Below the pieces are notes generated by a model, which saw only the letters and a program-made list of their open reading frames with translations, did no database searches and was not told the DNA's origin. The translations under genes were made by a program, and so were the position numbers. Positions 19,476 to 29,036 of a DNA stretch of 64,000 nt are shown piece after piece. The DNA lies in the IMG/VR virus record IMGVR_UViG_3300032236_001850, positions 52,392-116,391 of that record; one strand, written 5' to 3'. Source of the DNA: a virus. The stretch's first letter is position 1. Each line of letters starts with the position of its first letter.

Positions 19476-19676
19476 ATGGCAACATTAAGCGAAGAAAACG
19501 CAGAACAATTATTTGCGGAAATCGACAACGAGGGACTAGGTTACTGGACTCAACATTATGGATATAAGGGAGAGGAAGATCCCAAGCTAAGGGAGCTTTG
19601 CGAAAAAGCTAAAAAAGCTATGAATGAGCTGGATTCTCATATTCAGGCTATTTTCGATGAATATGGAATAGGTTAA
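19476..19676 (+). CDS. hypothetical acidic protein
   Basis: ORF track. Confidence 0.35.
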   Translation: MATLSEENAEQLFAEIDNEGLGYWTQHYGYKGEEDPKLRELCEKAKKAMNELDSHIQAIFDEYGIG

Positions 19677-20523
19677 AATCATTTTCCCATATTGACACAA
19701 TATTATAACCAAGATCATTTAGATATTTTTCCCTGATCTTGGTTTTTCTATATAAATCACCAAATTTAGTATTATTTACGACATTCACGTCATCATGTCC
19801 GTAAATATCAGGATTTCCGTGCCAGAAATCGCCATTAAATTCATACACAGTTTTTGTCTTGCTACAATATCCATCAACAATATATTTACCTATTCTAACC
19901 TGTCTTTCCTTTATATTCAACGAATCCAACCAAAGATTTTCTTTCACACCAAATCTATCACCACATTTTGGGCATCCCTGTCCGTTAATGTGGTTTCTAG
20001 TACGTTGCTTAAATTCTCCATGCTCCCTACATACTATGGTTATCTTTGTCCTAAGATTTGAATATTCAACCAATGAATAATCATATTTTTCACCATGCAC
20101 AGATCTAAATAGGGATTTTATTTTTTCTGAGTGTATTCTTGTTGATTCTCTTGCACATTTATCACAAGTTCTTCCGCTTAAGTGATTAGCTGGGGATTGT
20201 CTGAATTCTCCATGTTTCTTGCATATTATAGTTACGTGTGGGAAAGATCCATTATATTCCACTTTGGAATAGTCATATTTGTTCCCATGAACTTCAATCG
20301 CTCTGTTGATGAAGTTTGGATCCTTTGGTTTCATTCTTCTGCATTGATTGCATCCTATACCCCTCATATGATTACTTGCTCTCTGTACAAATCTCCCATG
20401 AACTTTGCATAATATATTTACCATGGATTGATTGTTTTTATAATCAGCTTCAGAATAATCATACTTATCGCCATGAATACTAACTGAAGCCTCAATAAAA
20501 TCAGATTTTGTCAGTTTTTTCAT
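19648..20523 (-). CDS. putative homing-type endonuclease: three Zn-ribbon HGxKYDYS repeats + C-terminal Vsr/DUF559-like PD-(D/E)xK nuclease
   Basis: three copies of HG(D/N/E)KYDYSxxxY...(I/V)xCxxHGxFxQxxxxHxxGxGCxxC; C-terminal KYLNDLGYNIVSIWENDF resembles Vsr-like GW.V.RFWE; lone minus-strand gene in a plus-strand block. Confidence 0.5.
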   Translation of the reverse strand: MKKLTKSDFIEASVSIHGDKYDYSEADYKNNQSMVNILCKVHGRFVQRASNHMRGIGCNQCRRMKPKDPNFINRAIEVHGNKYDYSKVEYNGSFPHVTIICKKHGEFRQSPANHLSGRTCDKCARESTRIHSEKIKSLFRSVHGEKYDYSLVEYSNLRTKITIVCREHGEFKQRTRNHINGQGCPKCGDRFGVKENLWLDSLNIKERQVRIGKYIVDGYCSKTKTVYEFNGDFWHGNPDIYGHDDVNVVNNTKFGDLYRKTKIREKYLNDLGYNIVSIWENDFNLFHIHRK

Positions 20524-20656
20524 TCGTATATTTTTTTATTTCCGATTCTATAAAATTACGTATTCTTTTACTCATATCCATTCCATTCTCTTCCAATATC
20601 TTCCTGTATTTTTCGTATGTTAGGGAGTCTATCCTTACTGTTATTAATTTTTTCAT
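20501..20656 (-). CDS. ribbon-helix-helix (CopG/Arc-like) small DNA-binding protein
   Basis: hand-translated 51-aa ORF MKKLITVRIDSLTYEKYRKILEENGMDMSKRIRNFIE...; beta-strand + two helices pattern of RHH; overlaps start of downstream nuclease gene by 23 nt. Confidence 0.45.
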   Translation of the reverse strand: MKKLITVRIDSLTYEKYRKILEENGMDMSKRIRNFIESEIKKYTNEKTDKI

Positions 20657-20748
20657 ATTTTGATTTTTTGTATATACATATATATCAAAATATATTTTAT
20701 TTTACCGGAATAATGTTATATATTTGCAATATAATAATAAAATAAACA

Positions 20749-21822
20749 ATGGAAAATAATAAAAAGTTTTTAAAGAACTATTTAGATGCATTCTCCCCCG
20801 TAGGAAAAGAATTTGAAGGACAGAAAATTTGGATTGATTACGTTAGACCCTTTGTTAATGAAATGAGAGTAGATGCTTATGGTACAGCATACGGTCTTAT
20901 CAAGGGAACAGGAGAAAAGAAAGTAATCTTGGAAAGCCACGTTGATGAAATTTCCTGGATTGTGACAGAGATAGAATCAAATGGAATGATCCGGGTTAAA
21001 ACTAATGGTGGATCAGACAACATGATTGCCCCATCAATGACAGTGCTTGTCCACACTCACGAGGGTAAAAAGATACCTGGAGTTTTTGGATGGCCTGCTA
21101 TCCACGTTAGAGAAAAAAGAGTTGAGATGGGACCGGAAGTTCACGAACTTTGGGTTGACCTTGGAGTTGACACTGCAAAGAAAGTTGCAAAACTTGGTGT
21201 TGAGGTTGGAAACTGCGTTACTTTTGACCAACCTTTCTTTGAACTTGGTAAGTATTACGTTGGTAGATCACTAGACAACAAAATTGGTGGATATATCATC
21301 GCAGAGGTTGCAAGAGAGCTTAAAGAAGAGGGTACGGTTTTACCATTCGACCTTTACATCGTTAATGCTGTCCAGGAGGAAGTTGGTTTATTTGGAGCGA
21401 GATTGATTGCTCAAACAATTAAACCAGACATCGCATTGGTTCACGATGTTACACACAACACAAACTCTCCTAAGATGAACAAAGCCAAATCTGGTGATGT
21501 TAAGGGAGGTGCAGGTCCGGTTATCGAGTATTCATCTCAAAACCACAAAGACCTAATCAAGATTGTTAGAGACGTTGCTAAGAAAAAAGAAATCCCTATG
21601 CAGCTGTCTGTTGGATCATACGGAAACGACACTGTTTCTTTCTTCCTTGAAAACGTCCCTACGGTGATCGTAGCGAGTCCGTTGAAGTATATGCATACTA
21701 CAGTAGAGATGGTTCACAAAGATGACGTAGCGGCTGCAATACAAGTTTTTAAAGAGACATTAAAGCAGTTGACTACAGGTACTATCGTTACCATCAACGA
21801 CCAAACACATAAATACGTATAA
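20749..21822 (+). CDS. M42 family metallo-aminopeptidase (FrvX/glutamyl aminopeptidase-like)
   Basis: 357 aa; N-terminus and YVGRSLDNKIGGYII (cf. GkalDDRaGc) pattern typical of M42 peptidases. Confidence 0.7.
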   Translation: MENNKKFLKNYLDAFSPVGKEFEGQKIWIDYVRPFVNEMRVDAYGTAYGLIKGTGEKKVILESHVDEISWIVTEIESNGMIRVKTNGGSDNMIAPSMTVLVHTHEGKKIPGVFGWPAIHVREKRVEMGPEVHELWVDLGVDTAKKVAKLGVEVGNCVTFDQPFFELGKYYVGRSLDNKIGGYIIAEVARELKEEGTVLPFDLYIVNAVQEEVGLFGARLIAQTIKPDIALVHDVTHNTNSPKMNKAKSGDVKGGAGPVIEYSSQNHKDLIKIVRDVAKKKEIPMQLSVGSYGNDTVSFFLENVPTVIVASPLKYMHTTVEMVHKDDVAAAIQVFKETLKQLTTGTIVTINDQTHKYV

Positions 21823-21823
21823 T

Positions 21824-22072
21824 ATGGCAGTTTCACCAGAGTACTTAAATAAAGGTTTCCATAAGGAGGTCGATGAATTTGAAATTAAAATCGATTCTAG
21901 TCTCACCAAGAAAACCATAGCAAAAGGCGAGTCAATTAGTATTGATGTTCCGCCAGGCATGAGCAGAAAACATTTCGATCTATTAAAAACAAGATACATC
22001 TCGGCGGGATGGAGTGATGTTTCGATGAATTCCGATCAAAGAGAGGGTACATGGTTATCTTTCAATTATTAA
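21824..22072 (+). CDS. hypothetical protein
   Basis: ORF track. Confidence 0.35.
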   Translation: MAVSPEYLNKGFHKEVDEFEIKIDSSLTKKTIAKGESISIDVPPGMSRKHFDLLKTRYISAGWSDVSMNSDQREGTWLSFNY

Positions 22073-22082
22073 GATTTATGAC

Positions 22083-22253
22083 ATGGCAAGAATAGAAATC
22101 AAAGATCTAAAATTAAGCTCAATCATTAAGAGGTGTGAGTCTTTAAAATTAGATCCAAAGAGGGTCAAAATAGAAACCGCAATATTCGAGGACATATCAA
22201 ACCCCGACATGTATTACACTAAACTATATTTAAAATATGAAAACAACAAATAA
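22083..22253 (+). CDS. small hypothetical protein (56 aa)
   Basis: hand-translated ORF MARIEIKDLKLSSIIKRCESLKLD...; overlaps start of next gene. Confidence 0.25.
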   Translation: MARIEIKDLKLSSIIKRCESLKLDPKRVKIETAIFEDISNPDMYYTKLYLKYENNK

Positions 22254-22716
22254 ATACGTATTTTTCTGGAATGGGATATACTCGCAGTGGCATAAAGCAA
22301 ATATGACCATTGACAGAATAGAATATAATTCATGTGAACAGTACATGATGCATCAAAAAGCAATGCTCTTTGGCGACGAGGAAACTGCAGAATTAATCAT
22401 GCAGGAAAAAAATCCAAGAGAGCAAAAGAAATTTGGTAGAAAGATTCAGGGATTCGACAAAGCAATCTGGGACAAGAACTCATTGGCCATAGTTTATCGT
22501 GGCAACCTTGCTAAGTTCTCACAGAACGAGGGTTTAAAAAAGGAGCTTCTTGCAACAGGAGACAGAATCCTTGTTGAAGCATCCCCGGTTGATAACATTT
22601 GGGGAATAGGTCTAGATGAAAAAGCAAAAGGTGTGGAAGATCCAGCAAATTGGAAAGGTCTAAACCTATTAGGTCAAGCAATAACACTTGTGAAAAATGA
22701 ACTTCGAGGAGCTTAA
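22237..22716 (+). CDS. NADAR-domain protein (YbiA-like)
   Basis: FFWNGIYSQWHKANMTIDRIEYNSCEQYMMHQKAMLFGD matches the NADAR signature (F..G..SNW....F..dg..y.s.EqymmaqKa..FgD). Confidence 0.65.
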   Translation: MKTTNKYVFFWNGIYSQWHKANMTIDRIEYNSCEQYMMHQKAMLFGDEETAELIMQEKNPREQKKFGRKIQGFDKAIWDKNSLAIVYRGNLAKFSQNEGLKKELLATGDRILVEASPVDNIWGIGLDEKAKGVEDPANWKGLNLLGQAITLVKNELRGA

Positions 22717-23029
22717 AGAACAGGCAATCTTGTTTATCTACTGGTGTAATAAACTAAGAGAGGGTGAGTTTCTGGAAGGCGGACCAGTCATAACAGAAAA
22801 GGGTTTTGATATTGCTCTAGATCTCATCGAGAGTGGAGTTAAATTGACGGAAGAGAATGCATTAAAATGTTGCAAGGAATTGGATACAGATCCGGTTGTT
22901 ATTGATCTTATCATGGAGATGCAAGAAATAGGATATGTTGAATTTTTAAAGCTGTACGAAAAACTGGAAGGCATGTCAGAAGGCGACATAATCAGAGAGA
23001 CCGTAGATAAAGTTACTAAAGAAGAATAA
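22697..23029 (+). CDS. hypothetical acidic protein
   Basis: ORF track. Confidence 0.35.
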   Translation: MNFEELKEQAILFIYWCNKLREGEFLEGGPVITEKGFDIALDLIESGVKLTEENALKCCKELDTDPVVIDLIMEMQEIGYVEFLKLYEKLEGMSEGDIIRETVDKVTKEE

Positions 23030-23031
23030 TT

Positions 23032-23811
23032 ATGGGATTAGACATTTATTTGAAAAGATACGACGATTTCGAAGCAACAAGAAAAGCACAAGAGGAGTAC
23101 GAGGAACTAACCAACAAGATTTGGGATGCTGGTGGCACAAAGTACGATGATCTAACTGATGAGCAGAAAGATTCATTCAGAGCACAGGATAAGGCAAATT
23201 CTGAAAGACTGGGACTTGATGAATGGGGCACAGACGAAACCAATGTTGAATCGATAGAGAAACCACATCCGGATTATCCAGACCACTATTTCAAAATTGG
23301 ATACTTTAGGAGTTCCTATAATGATAGCGGCATTGAAAGAATCCTGGGAAACATGGGAGTTCCAACTTTGCATGACATATTCTCAGTCGATAGCGAGGAG
23401 TATTACATTCAACCAGATTGGGAAAAATCATTGGTTAATGTTAATTCAGCAATAGAGAAACTTAAGGCTGAACCTGCATACAGAGTTAGGGCAGTAGGAC
23501 AAAATATTTTCAGCGATCCCAAAGTTAATTCGGAGCAGGAGGCGATGGAAATATTCAAGGAAAAACTTAAAAAAGGAAATGACTATAACTATTCATGTTC
23601 AGAGGGAGAATTCATGATTGCTGAGCCAGAGAAAATTGTTGGACTTATACCTGGATACACCCACGTACTTAGAAAATCACCATGTGTTTATGCCGTAACT
23701 GAAAGCGATAACTCATGGTATATCCAGGCGTTGGAGATAGTTAAATCCACTATTGAGTACGTGTTAAGCAAAGATAAAAGAGAACAATATTATTTACACT
23801 GGAGCGGATAA
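23032..23811 (+). CDS. hypothetical protein
   Basis: ORF track. Confidence 0.45.
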   Translation: MGLDIYLKRYDDFEATRKAQEEYEELTNKIWDAGGTKYDDLTDEQKDSFRAQDKANSERLGLDEWGTDETNVESIEKPHPDYPDHYFKIGYFRSSYNDSGIERILGNMGVPTLHDIFSVDSEEYYIQPDWEKSLVNVNSAIEKLKAEPAYRVRAVGQNIFSDPKVNSEQEAMEIFKEKLKKGNDYNYSCSEGEFMIAEPEKIVGLIPGYTHVLRKSPCVYAVTESDNSWYIQALEIVKSTIEYVLSKDKREQYYLHWSG

Positions 23812-23813
23812 TT

Positions 23814-24389
23814 ATGAGACTAGAAGATCCAAAGAGAAATCCGGAAATGGAATCATTTATGTCATTCGAATTTCCGATAGCTAGAAACGTTAACGCCAGA
23901 ACTATAGCGGATTCATTAGAATCTGTTACACCCAAAGCTCCTGGAAAAATTAAAGAACAATATGAAAATCACTGGGGAGAAACTGTTACAAAGTACGAAG
24001 GAAGTATGTTTAGTAACATTACAAGCAATGAGTCGCACCTTATGTTTGGTGACAGAGGGCACGCCTTTGGCTTTGGTTATTACGTGGTTAACGAAAGGGG
24101 TGAAATGGTTTATTCCAGCAGTGAAGAATATGCTGAGCTTGTTGAGAAATGCTCTAAATACTGGGAAGCAATGGAAATTCTTCGCAGGAAATACAAGCTC
24201 CCAGACTACTCCGTTGAAAGAGGAAGAGGTAACCGTCTCGTTGTCAACGATAAAATCATCTACGGCATCCTCATCCACCCAGGGTCATTCGGGTCGGGAA
24301 TTATAACTTTCCTTGACACTGCCTTTGATTTAATAGACAAAGAAATAGAATCTGGGAGAATAAAACCAGGGGTTTATGGAAGAGAATAG
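23814..24389 (+). CDS. hypothetical protein
   Basis: ORF track. Confidence 0.45.
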   Translation: MRLEDPKRNPEMESFMSFEFPIARNVNARTIADSLESVTPKAPGKIKEQYENHWGETVTKYEGSMFSNITSNESHLMFGDRGHAFGFGYYVVNERGEMVYSSSEEYAELVEKCSKYWEAMEILRRKYKLPDYSVERGRGNRLVVNDKIIYGILIHPGSFGSGIITFLDTAFDLIDKEIESGRIKPGVYGRE

Positions 24390-24927
24390 ATTGATTAAGA
24401 AATATAAAATAAAGGTGAAAGCCTACAATTTCGGTGAACATTACGGAACTCATGTTGATATACAGGACAATCCACCATCGGGCCAAGATATAATTAATGC
24501 AATCATAGGATCAAGATTGACCCTAAAATATGGGACAAGGGAGGCATCGGTGGAGGAGATTTACACATTAACAAAAGATAATGATAAGAGAGATCCAGAG
24601 GAAATAAAAAAAGAAATAGCCGAATTAGAGTCGGAATTGAAAAAATCAACAGAATACCATAAATGGGAATGGCTTATTGGAAGTGATGAACCCGGGGAAA
24701 GCATAGGATTTTTCAATATGACAAAAACCAGATTGATATTAAAAGAACTAAGCAAAGGAAAGAGACTTCAATTTAGACACGGGGCTTTAGGAACTTATGA
24801 GGTTTATATGAATCCGCAAGGTAATAGAATATTGTTAGATGTCGAGAGTGAAAGCGTAAACGAGGGAACAATAATGGGATTCATAGTTTGGCATGCTGGG
24901 AATTGGTATAAACTAAAAGAGAAATAG
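24376..24927 (+). CDS. hypothetical protein
   Basis: ORF track. Confidence 0.4.
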   Translation: MEENRLIKKYKIKVKAYNFGEHYGTHVDIQDNPPSGQDIINAIIGSRLTLKYGTREASVEEIYTLTKDNDKRDPEEIKKEIAELESELKKSTEYHKWEWLIGSDEPGESIGFFNMTKTRLILKELSKGKRLQFRHGALGTYEVYMNPQGNRILLDVESESVNEGTIMGFIVWHAGNWYKLKEK

Positions 24928-24929
24928 TT

Positions 24930-25259
24930 ATGAGAAGATCCTATGCAAAACAATTAGCTGAGAATGTAACAAATCAGGAGCTGAGAGAAATGTTCTATAA
25001 TGCACAAAGAGCTATAACACAATGGGGAGGATGGGAAAAAGTTAGCAAAGTTAACAAATCAATTTCTACAGCAACCGCCTTCAATATACTTTCCTGTGGC
25101 GTTGATTCGGAGGATTTTCTTGAGCAAAAGATATCACCAATAACCAAGTTTAACATGATTCGGGAATTTGGTGAGTATTTACCTAATTATCAGCCGGAAC
25201 AAACCAAGACCAAACCAAATATAAAGATTACACATCACGAACCTAAATTTTTAAAATAA
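24930..25259 (+). CDS. hypothetical protein
   Basis: ORF track. Confidence 0.4.
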   Translation: MRRSYAKQLAENVTNQELREMFYNAQRAITQWGGWEKVSKVNKSISTATAFNILSCGVDSEDFLEQKISPITKFNMIREFGEYLPNYQPEQTKTKPNIKITHHEPKFLK

Positions 25260-25492
25260 TGACATCAAAAGACTTTTGTTTTTGGTTGCAAGGCTTTTTT
25301 GAGCTATCCGAATCCGAACAACTAACACCAAGACAAGTGGAGATAATTAAAAATCATTTAAAATTGGTTTTTTATCATGATATAGATCCATCATATTCAA
25401 ACAACCCCGAGGTACAGGAAGTGATGCAAGCCATTCATGATGGATCACCAAAGCCACCAAAAAGACAGGGATCATTAATAGTAAAATGTTAA
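25259..25492 (+). CDS. hypothetical protein
   Basis: ORF track; ATGA overlap. Confidence 0.35.
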   Translation: MTSKDFCFWLQGFFELSESEQLTPRQVEIIKNHLKLVFYHDIDPSYSNNPEVQEVMQAIHDGSPKPPKRQGSLIVKC

Positions 25493-25502
25493 ACAAAGAA
25501 TC

Positions 25503-25706
25503 ATGATTAAAGTAAACTGGACACCAGAAAAGAAAGAAGCTGCAATCCAAAAATTGACAGAGTATTTCGAGAAACACGGAATTGGCGAAATGATAATGCA
25601 AGATGATAATGCTTTAATAGAGGCACCGGAAGTATTATCAGATATAGCTGACGACATTCTGATTGATAACGAAGGAATAATTTTTATTGACGAGGACGAT
25701 GAATAA
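25503..25706 (+). CDS. hypothetical acidic protein
   Basis: ORF track. Confidence 0.35.
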   Translation: MIKVNWTPEKKEAAIQKLTEYFEKHGIGEMIMQDDNALIEAPEVLSDIADDILIDNEGIIFIDEDDE

Positions 25707-25950
25707 GCTACAAGGATTTGTAATGTGGTTGGATGGATTCTTAGCTGCATCAGGGGACAACTTAACAGTTGATCAAACAAAAACTGTTAAGGAAAAACTA
25801 AATTCTTTGTTTGAACACGAGGCAGAGCCACCAAAGAAACCAAATCCAACTCTTGCAGAATTGGGTGAACAACACGGATTTCCAGTGACACAAGGATTTC
25901 CAGGAGAGAATAACGGAAGAGACGAAGACGGAGTATTGTACAGATGTTAA
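25687..25950 (+). CDS. hypothetical protein
   Basis: ORF track. Confidence 0.35.
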   Translation: MTRTMNKLQGFVMWLDGFLAASGDNLTVDQTKTVKEKLNSLFEHEAEPPKKPNPTLAELGEQHGFPVTQGFPGENNGRDEDGVLYRC

Positions 25951-26273
25951 GAAGAAGAGGACTTGCGGTAAAAAAAGATGGTAAATGGTACGTTTCCATT
26001 TGCTGTGGTGTATGCAATGGTATTGACGAGGTTTGCAATCCAATCGAATACAAGCTGCATCACTCAGACCACAAGGACTTTGATTTTATACATGAAAACA
26101 CAATGAAAAACGTTCCGATATGGACCTCGGTTATTCTTATTGAGGAAGAGGATTTTGTGGGAGGGTGTGGGCATACAGGGTATCCAACTTATACAACCTA
26201 TGCAAAGCTTCCCAAGTCAGACCCACCAACATTCATGAACATTAATGAATTGGACAATTTAATAGATTTCTAA
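25944..26273 (+). CDS. hypothetical Cys-rich protein
   Basis: ORF track. Confidence 0.4.
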   Translation: MLRRRGLAVKKDGKWYVSICCGVCNGIDEVCNPIEYKLHHSDHKDFDFIHENTMKNVPIWTSVILIEEEDFVGGCGHTGYPTYTTYAKLPKSDPPTFMNINELDNLIDF

Positions 26274-26608
26274 TGGGAAAAATAATATATCTAGCGTCAC
26301 CTTATAGTCATCCGGATGATGATAAGAGACAAGAAAACTTTGAGAAGATATCAAAGATAGCTGCAGATTTATGTGCAGCAGGTCAGGTAGCGTTCTCACC
26401 AATAACATATGGTCACACCCTCGTCAATTTCAGAGGTGCAATGCCAACAGATTGGTCATTTTGGCAGAACTTCTGTCTAAGCTTTCTAGAGGTCTCTGAT
26501 GAACTTCATGTTTATAAAATGGAAGGCTGGAACCATTCGAGAGGGGTTGCGGAAGAGATAGAATTTGCCATTAAAAATGGCATAGAGGTGAAATATATTG
26601 ATTGTTAG
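26273..26608 (+). CDS. nucleoside 2-deoxyribosyltransferase-like / DUF1937-like protein
   Basis: N-terminal KIIYLASPYSH and small flavodoxin-like size typical of the NDT/DUF1937 clan. Confidence 0.45.
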   Translation: MGKIIYLASPYSHPDDDKRQENFEKISKIAADLCAAGQVAFSPITYGHTLVNFRGAMPTDWSFWQNFCLSFLEVSDELHVYKMEGWNHSRGVAEEIEFAIKNGIEVKYIDC

Positions 26609-26676
26609 TTAAAAAATTTCCGAATAATTTTTTTTATTCGGAAATTTTTTTTATATTTGCCTAACAATTAAAGGAA

Positions 26677-26778
26677 ATGAAAAAAGAAATACTTTTTATC
26701 GGCTTACCTGGATCTGGAAAGACAACCATTGTTCAAAGAGCACCAAAACACGAATTAATTTATAATCAACAAATATAA
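26677..26778 (+). pseudogene. 33-codon P-loop (Walker A) kinase-like fragment with its own promoter motif
   Basis: MKKEILFIGLPGSGKTTIVQRAPKHELIYNQQI then TAA; conserved upstream motif 26611-26660; downstream ORF is in a different frame. Confidence 0.3.
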
Positions 26779-27251
26779 TGGCAACATCAATTATCTCATC
26801 CGTATTATTGTCAATCATCTTCACATCTGCGATGCTGGTTCTAATATCAACCATCATGAACTGTGTAAATTATGGCAAATACAAGTACTCGTACAACCTT
26901 CTTACCAGTGGGGAATATCAATTCAACTGGAGTAGAGAAAACATGTATTTCTTTTCATACAAGGATCTTGTTGGTAAATTTTCATCAATAAGTGAAAATT
27001 CCGATCTATCTTTAGTTTTTACCTTCGACGAAAAAGGTAAATTTAGAGCATTAAGACTACCTTCAACCAATCGAAATTTTGCATTTATCCATGCAGGATT
27101 TATTCATATGGACCCGTATAGCATCATCTACAGAAGAAAATTTGTAAAATGGTTCGAAGCCAATAAGGAAACATTCCAGGAGAGAACTCCTGCTCAGTTT
27201 GAATTCACAGAGGATGAAATCAAAGATCTATTAGAAATCGAAAACAATTAA
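26778..27251 (+). CDS. hypothetical protein
   Basis: ORF track; N-terminal 30 aa hydrophobic. Confidence 0.4.
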   Translation: MATSIISSVLLSIIFTSAMLVLISTIMNCVNYGKYKYSYNLLTSGEYQFNWSRENMYFFSYKDLVGKFSSISENSDLSLVFTFDEKGKFRALRLPSTNRNFAFIHAGFIHMDPYSIIYRRKFVKWFEANKETFQERTPAQFEFTEDEIKDLLEIENN

Positions 27252-27255
27252 TAAA

Positions 27256-28941
27256 ATGAATAAATTAAACGAAACTTTTAAAATCAACCCGCTTTACGAA
27301 TCTGACGGGTACAAAGTTGGCCACAAAGCAATGTTGGCAGAAAACACTTCAGTTGAATATTGGACTTGGATCCCTAGAAGCATCAAGTACATGCACCCAT
27401 CAATCGATGGTATCATGTCAGCAGGTGAACAGCTAGTTTGGAGATACATCCACAGCAACTTCCAGGAGTTATTCTTCAACAAACCAGTGGAAGCTGCAGA
27501 AAAATTCGGAAGAGACATGGCTGCATATCTTATGATGGATTACGACGCCGATCATTTTGTGGAACTTCATAAACTTGGATATCTTCCAGTTAGAATCAAA
27601 GCCATTCCTGAAGGGACATTTACAAAACCAAATATTCCACACATGACAGGAATCAACACAGTTGATGGTTATGCTTGGCTTGGACTTTACTTAGAAACTT
27701 TGGTTTCTAAGTTGGCTTGGCAATTACCAACTGCTGCTACCATCGCACACAGATTCAAACAGAATGCTGTTGAATGGGTTACCAAAACAGATCCAGAGAA
27801 TCTTTGGTTAGCTGATTTCATGTGTCACGATTTCCACAGTAGAGGTGGTAACCCTTTCACCTCGATTGCAGTTGGTTTAGGACATGCCATGAGTAATTCA
27901 GGTAGCGACACATTAAATGTTATTCCAGCATCAAGATACTACTACGATTTTGATGAGAACGAGGTTCCTGTCTATAGTGTTAATGCTTCAGAGCACAGTG
28001 TGACATGCACAGGTATTTTCTTCTACGAGAAAAAATTAAGAAGCGGTTTATTAAACCACGAAATTGTTTCTTACTACACAAGCACTGCACCTTCAGAGGG
28101 ATCAGTTCAGGATCCTGACTATTTAGCAATTGCTGAATTACTTAATCTTCGTGATTGGTTGGAAAAATTTCCTAAAGGTATTCTTTCAGTTGTTTCTGAC
28201 ACGATGAATCTATGGAAGGTGATCACTCACATCCTACCAAGACTTAAAAAAGAAATCCTTGCAAGAGATGGCAAATTGGTAATTAGACCTGACAGTGGAG
28301 ACCCAGTTGATATCATTTGTGGAACAACAACTATTAATAACAAGTGGGTAGAAGGAATACTTCCGCAATCTGAGTGTGAAAAGAAAGGTGTAATAGAACT
28401 TCTTTGGGACATCTTTGGAGGTGAAGAAACTTCAACTGGATACAAAAGATTAGATTCTCACATTGGAGCAATCTACGGGGATTCAATCAACTTAGAAAGA
28501 CAAATCGCTATCTACACAAGATTAGCAGATAAAGGATTTTCAGCTACAAACATCGTGGTTGGTGTTGGTTCTTACACGTATGTTATGCTAACGAGAGACT
28601 CCGCTGGATATGCAGCTAAAGGAGCTTGGTTCGCTACTAAGGAATTTAACGGTGTTGATCCTGATGGTCAAACCGATTATATCACAACGGAGTATAACAT
28701 CTACAAAGATCCAGTAACTGATAACGGTACTAAAAAATCATTAAAAGGTTTCTGCCAGGTATTCAATAATAGACCAGATGCTTTACCTCACGAGATTAAG
28801 TACGACGGTAAGGATCAATTGGAAGTAAACACCGAATGCACTAAGGATCAAGAAGCTGGTGGTTTATTAAATATCATCTACGAAGATGGTAAATTCTATA
28901 ATCAAGTCACACTAACAGAGATTAGAGAAAGATTAAAATAA
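27256..28941 (+). CDS. nadV: nicotinamide phosphoribosyltransferase (NAMPT/NadV family; Namat-type not excluded)
   Basis: 561 aa; N-terminal NPLYESDGYKVGHKAM (cf. TDSYKVTH), length and overall pattern typical of NAMPT. Confidence 0.8.
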   Translation: MNKLNETFKINPLYESDGYKVGHKAMLAENTSVEYWTWIPRSIKYMHPSIDGIMSAGEQLVWRYIHSNFQELFFNKPVEAAEKFGRDMAAYLMMDYDADHFVELHKLGYLPVRIKAIPEGTFTKPNIPHMTGINTVDGYAWLGLYLETLVSKLAWQLPTAATIAHRFKQNAVEWVTKTDPENLWLADFMCHDFHSRGGNPFTSIAVGLGHAMSNSGSDTLNVIPASRYYYDFDENEVPVYSVNASEHSVTCTGIFFYEKKLRSGLLNHEIVSYYTSTAPSEGSVQDPDYLAIAELLNLRDWLEKFPKGILSVVSDTMNLWKVITHILPRLKKEILARDGKLVIRPDSGDPVDIICGTTTINNKWVEGILPQSECEKKGVIELLWDIFGGEETSTGYKRLDSHIGAIYGDSINLERQIAIYTRLADKGFSATNIVVGVGSYTYVMLTRDSAGYAAKGAWFATKEFNGVDPDGQTDYITTEYNIYKDPVTDNGTKKSLKGFCQVFNNRPDALPHEIKYDGKDQLEVNTECTKDQEAGGLLNIIYEDGKFYNQVTLTEIRERLK

Positions 28942-28953
28942 TAATCAAAATAA

Positions 28954-28988
28954 AAAATCCCGAATATATCATTCGGGATTTTTTTTAT
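28954..28988 (+). terminator. rho-independent terminator after NAMPT
   Basis: aaaatcccgaat-atatc-attcgggatttttttt. Confidence 0.65.
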
Positions 28989-29022
28989 TCGAAGGGATTT
29001 CATATATTTGAGGAATAATAAA
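28981..29022 (+). promoter_or_regulatory. conserved upstream motif before 29037 (directly after terminator hairpin)
   Basis: ttttttttattcgaagggatttcatatatttgaggaat. Confidence 0.5.
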
Positions 29023-29036
29023 GCAATTAAAAAATA

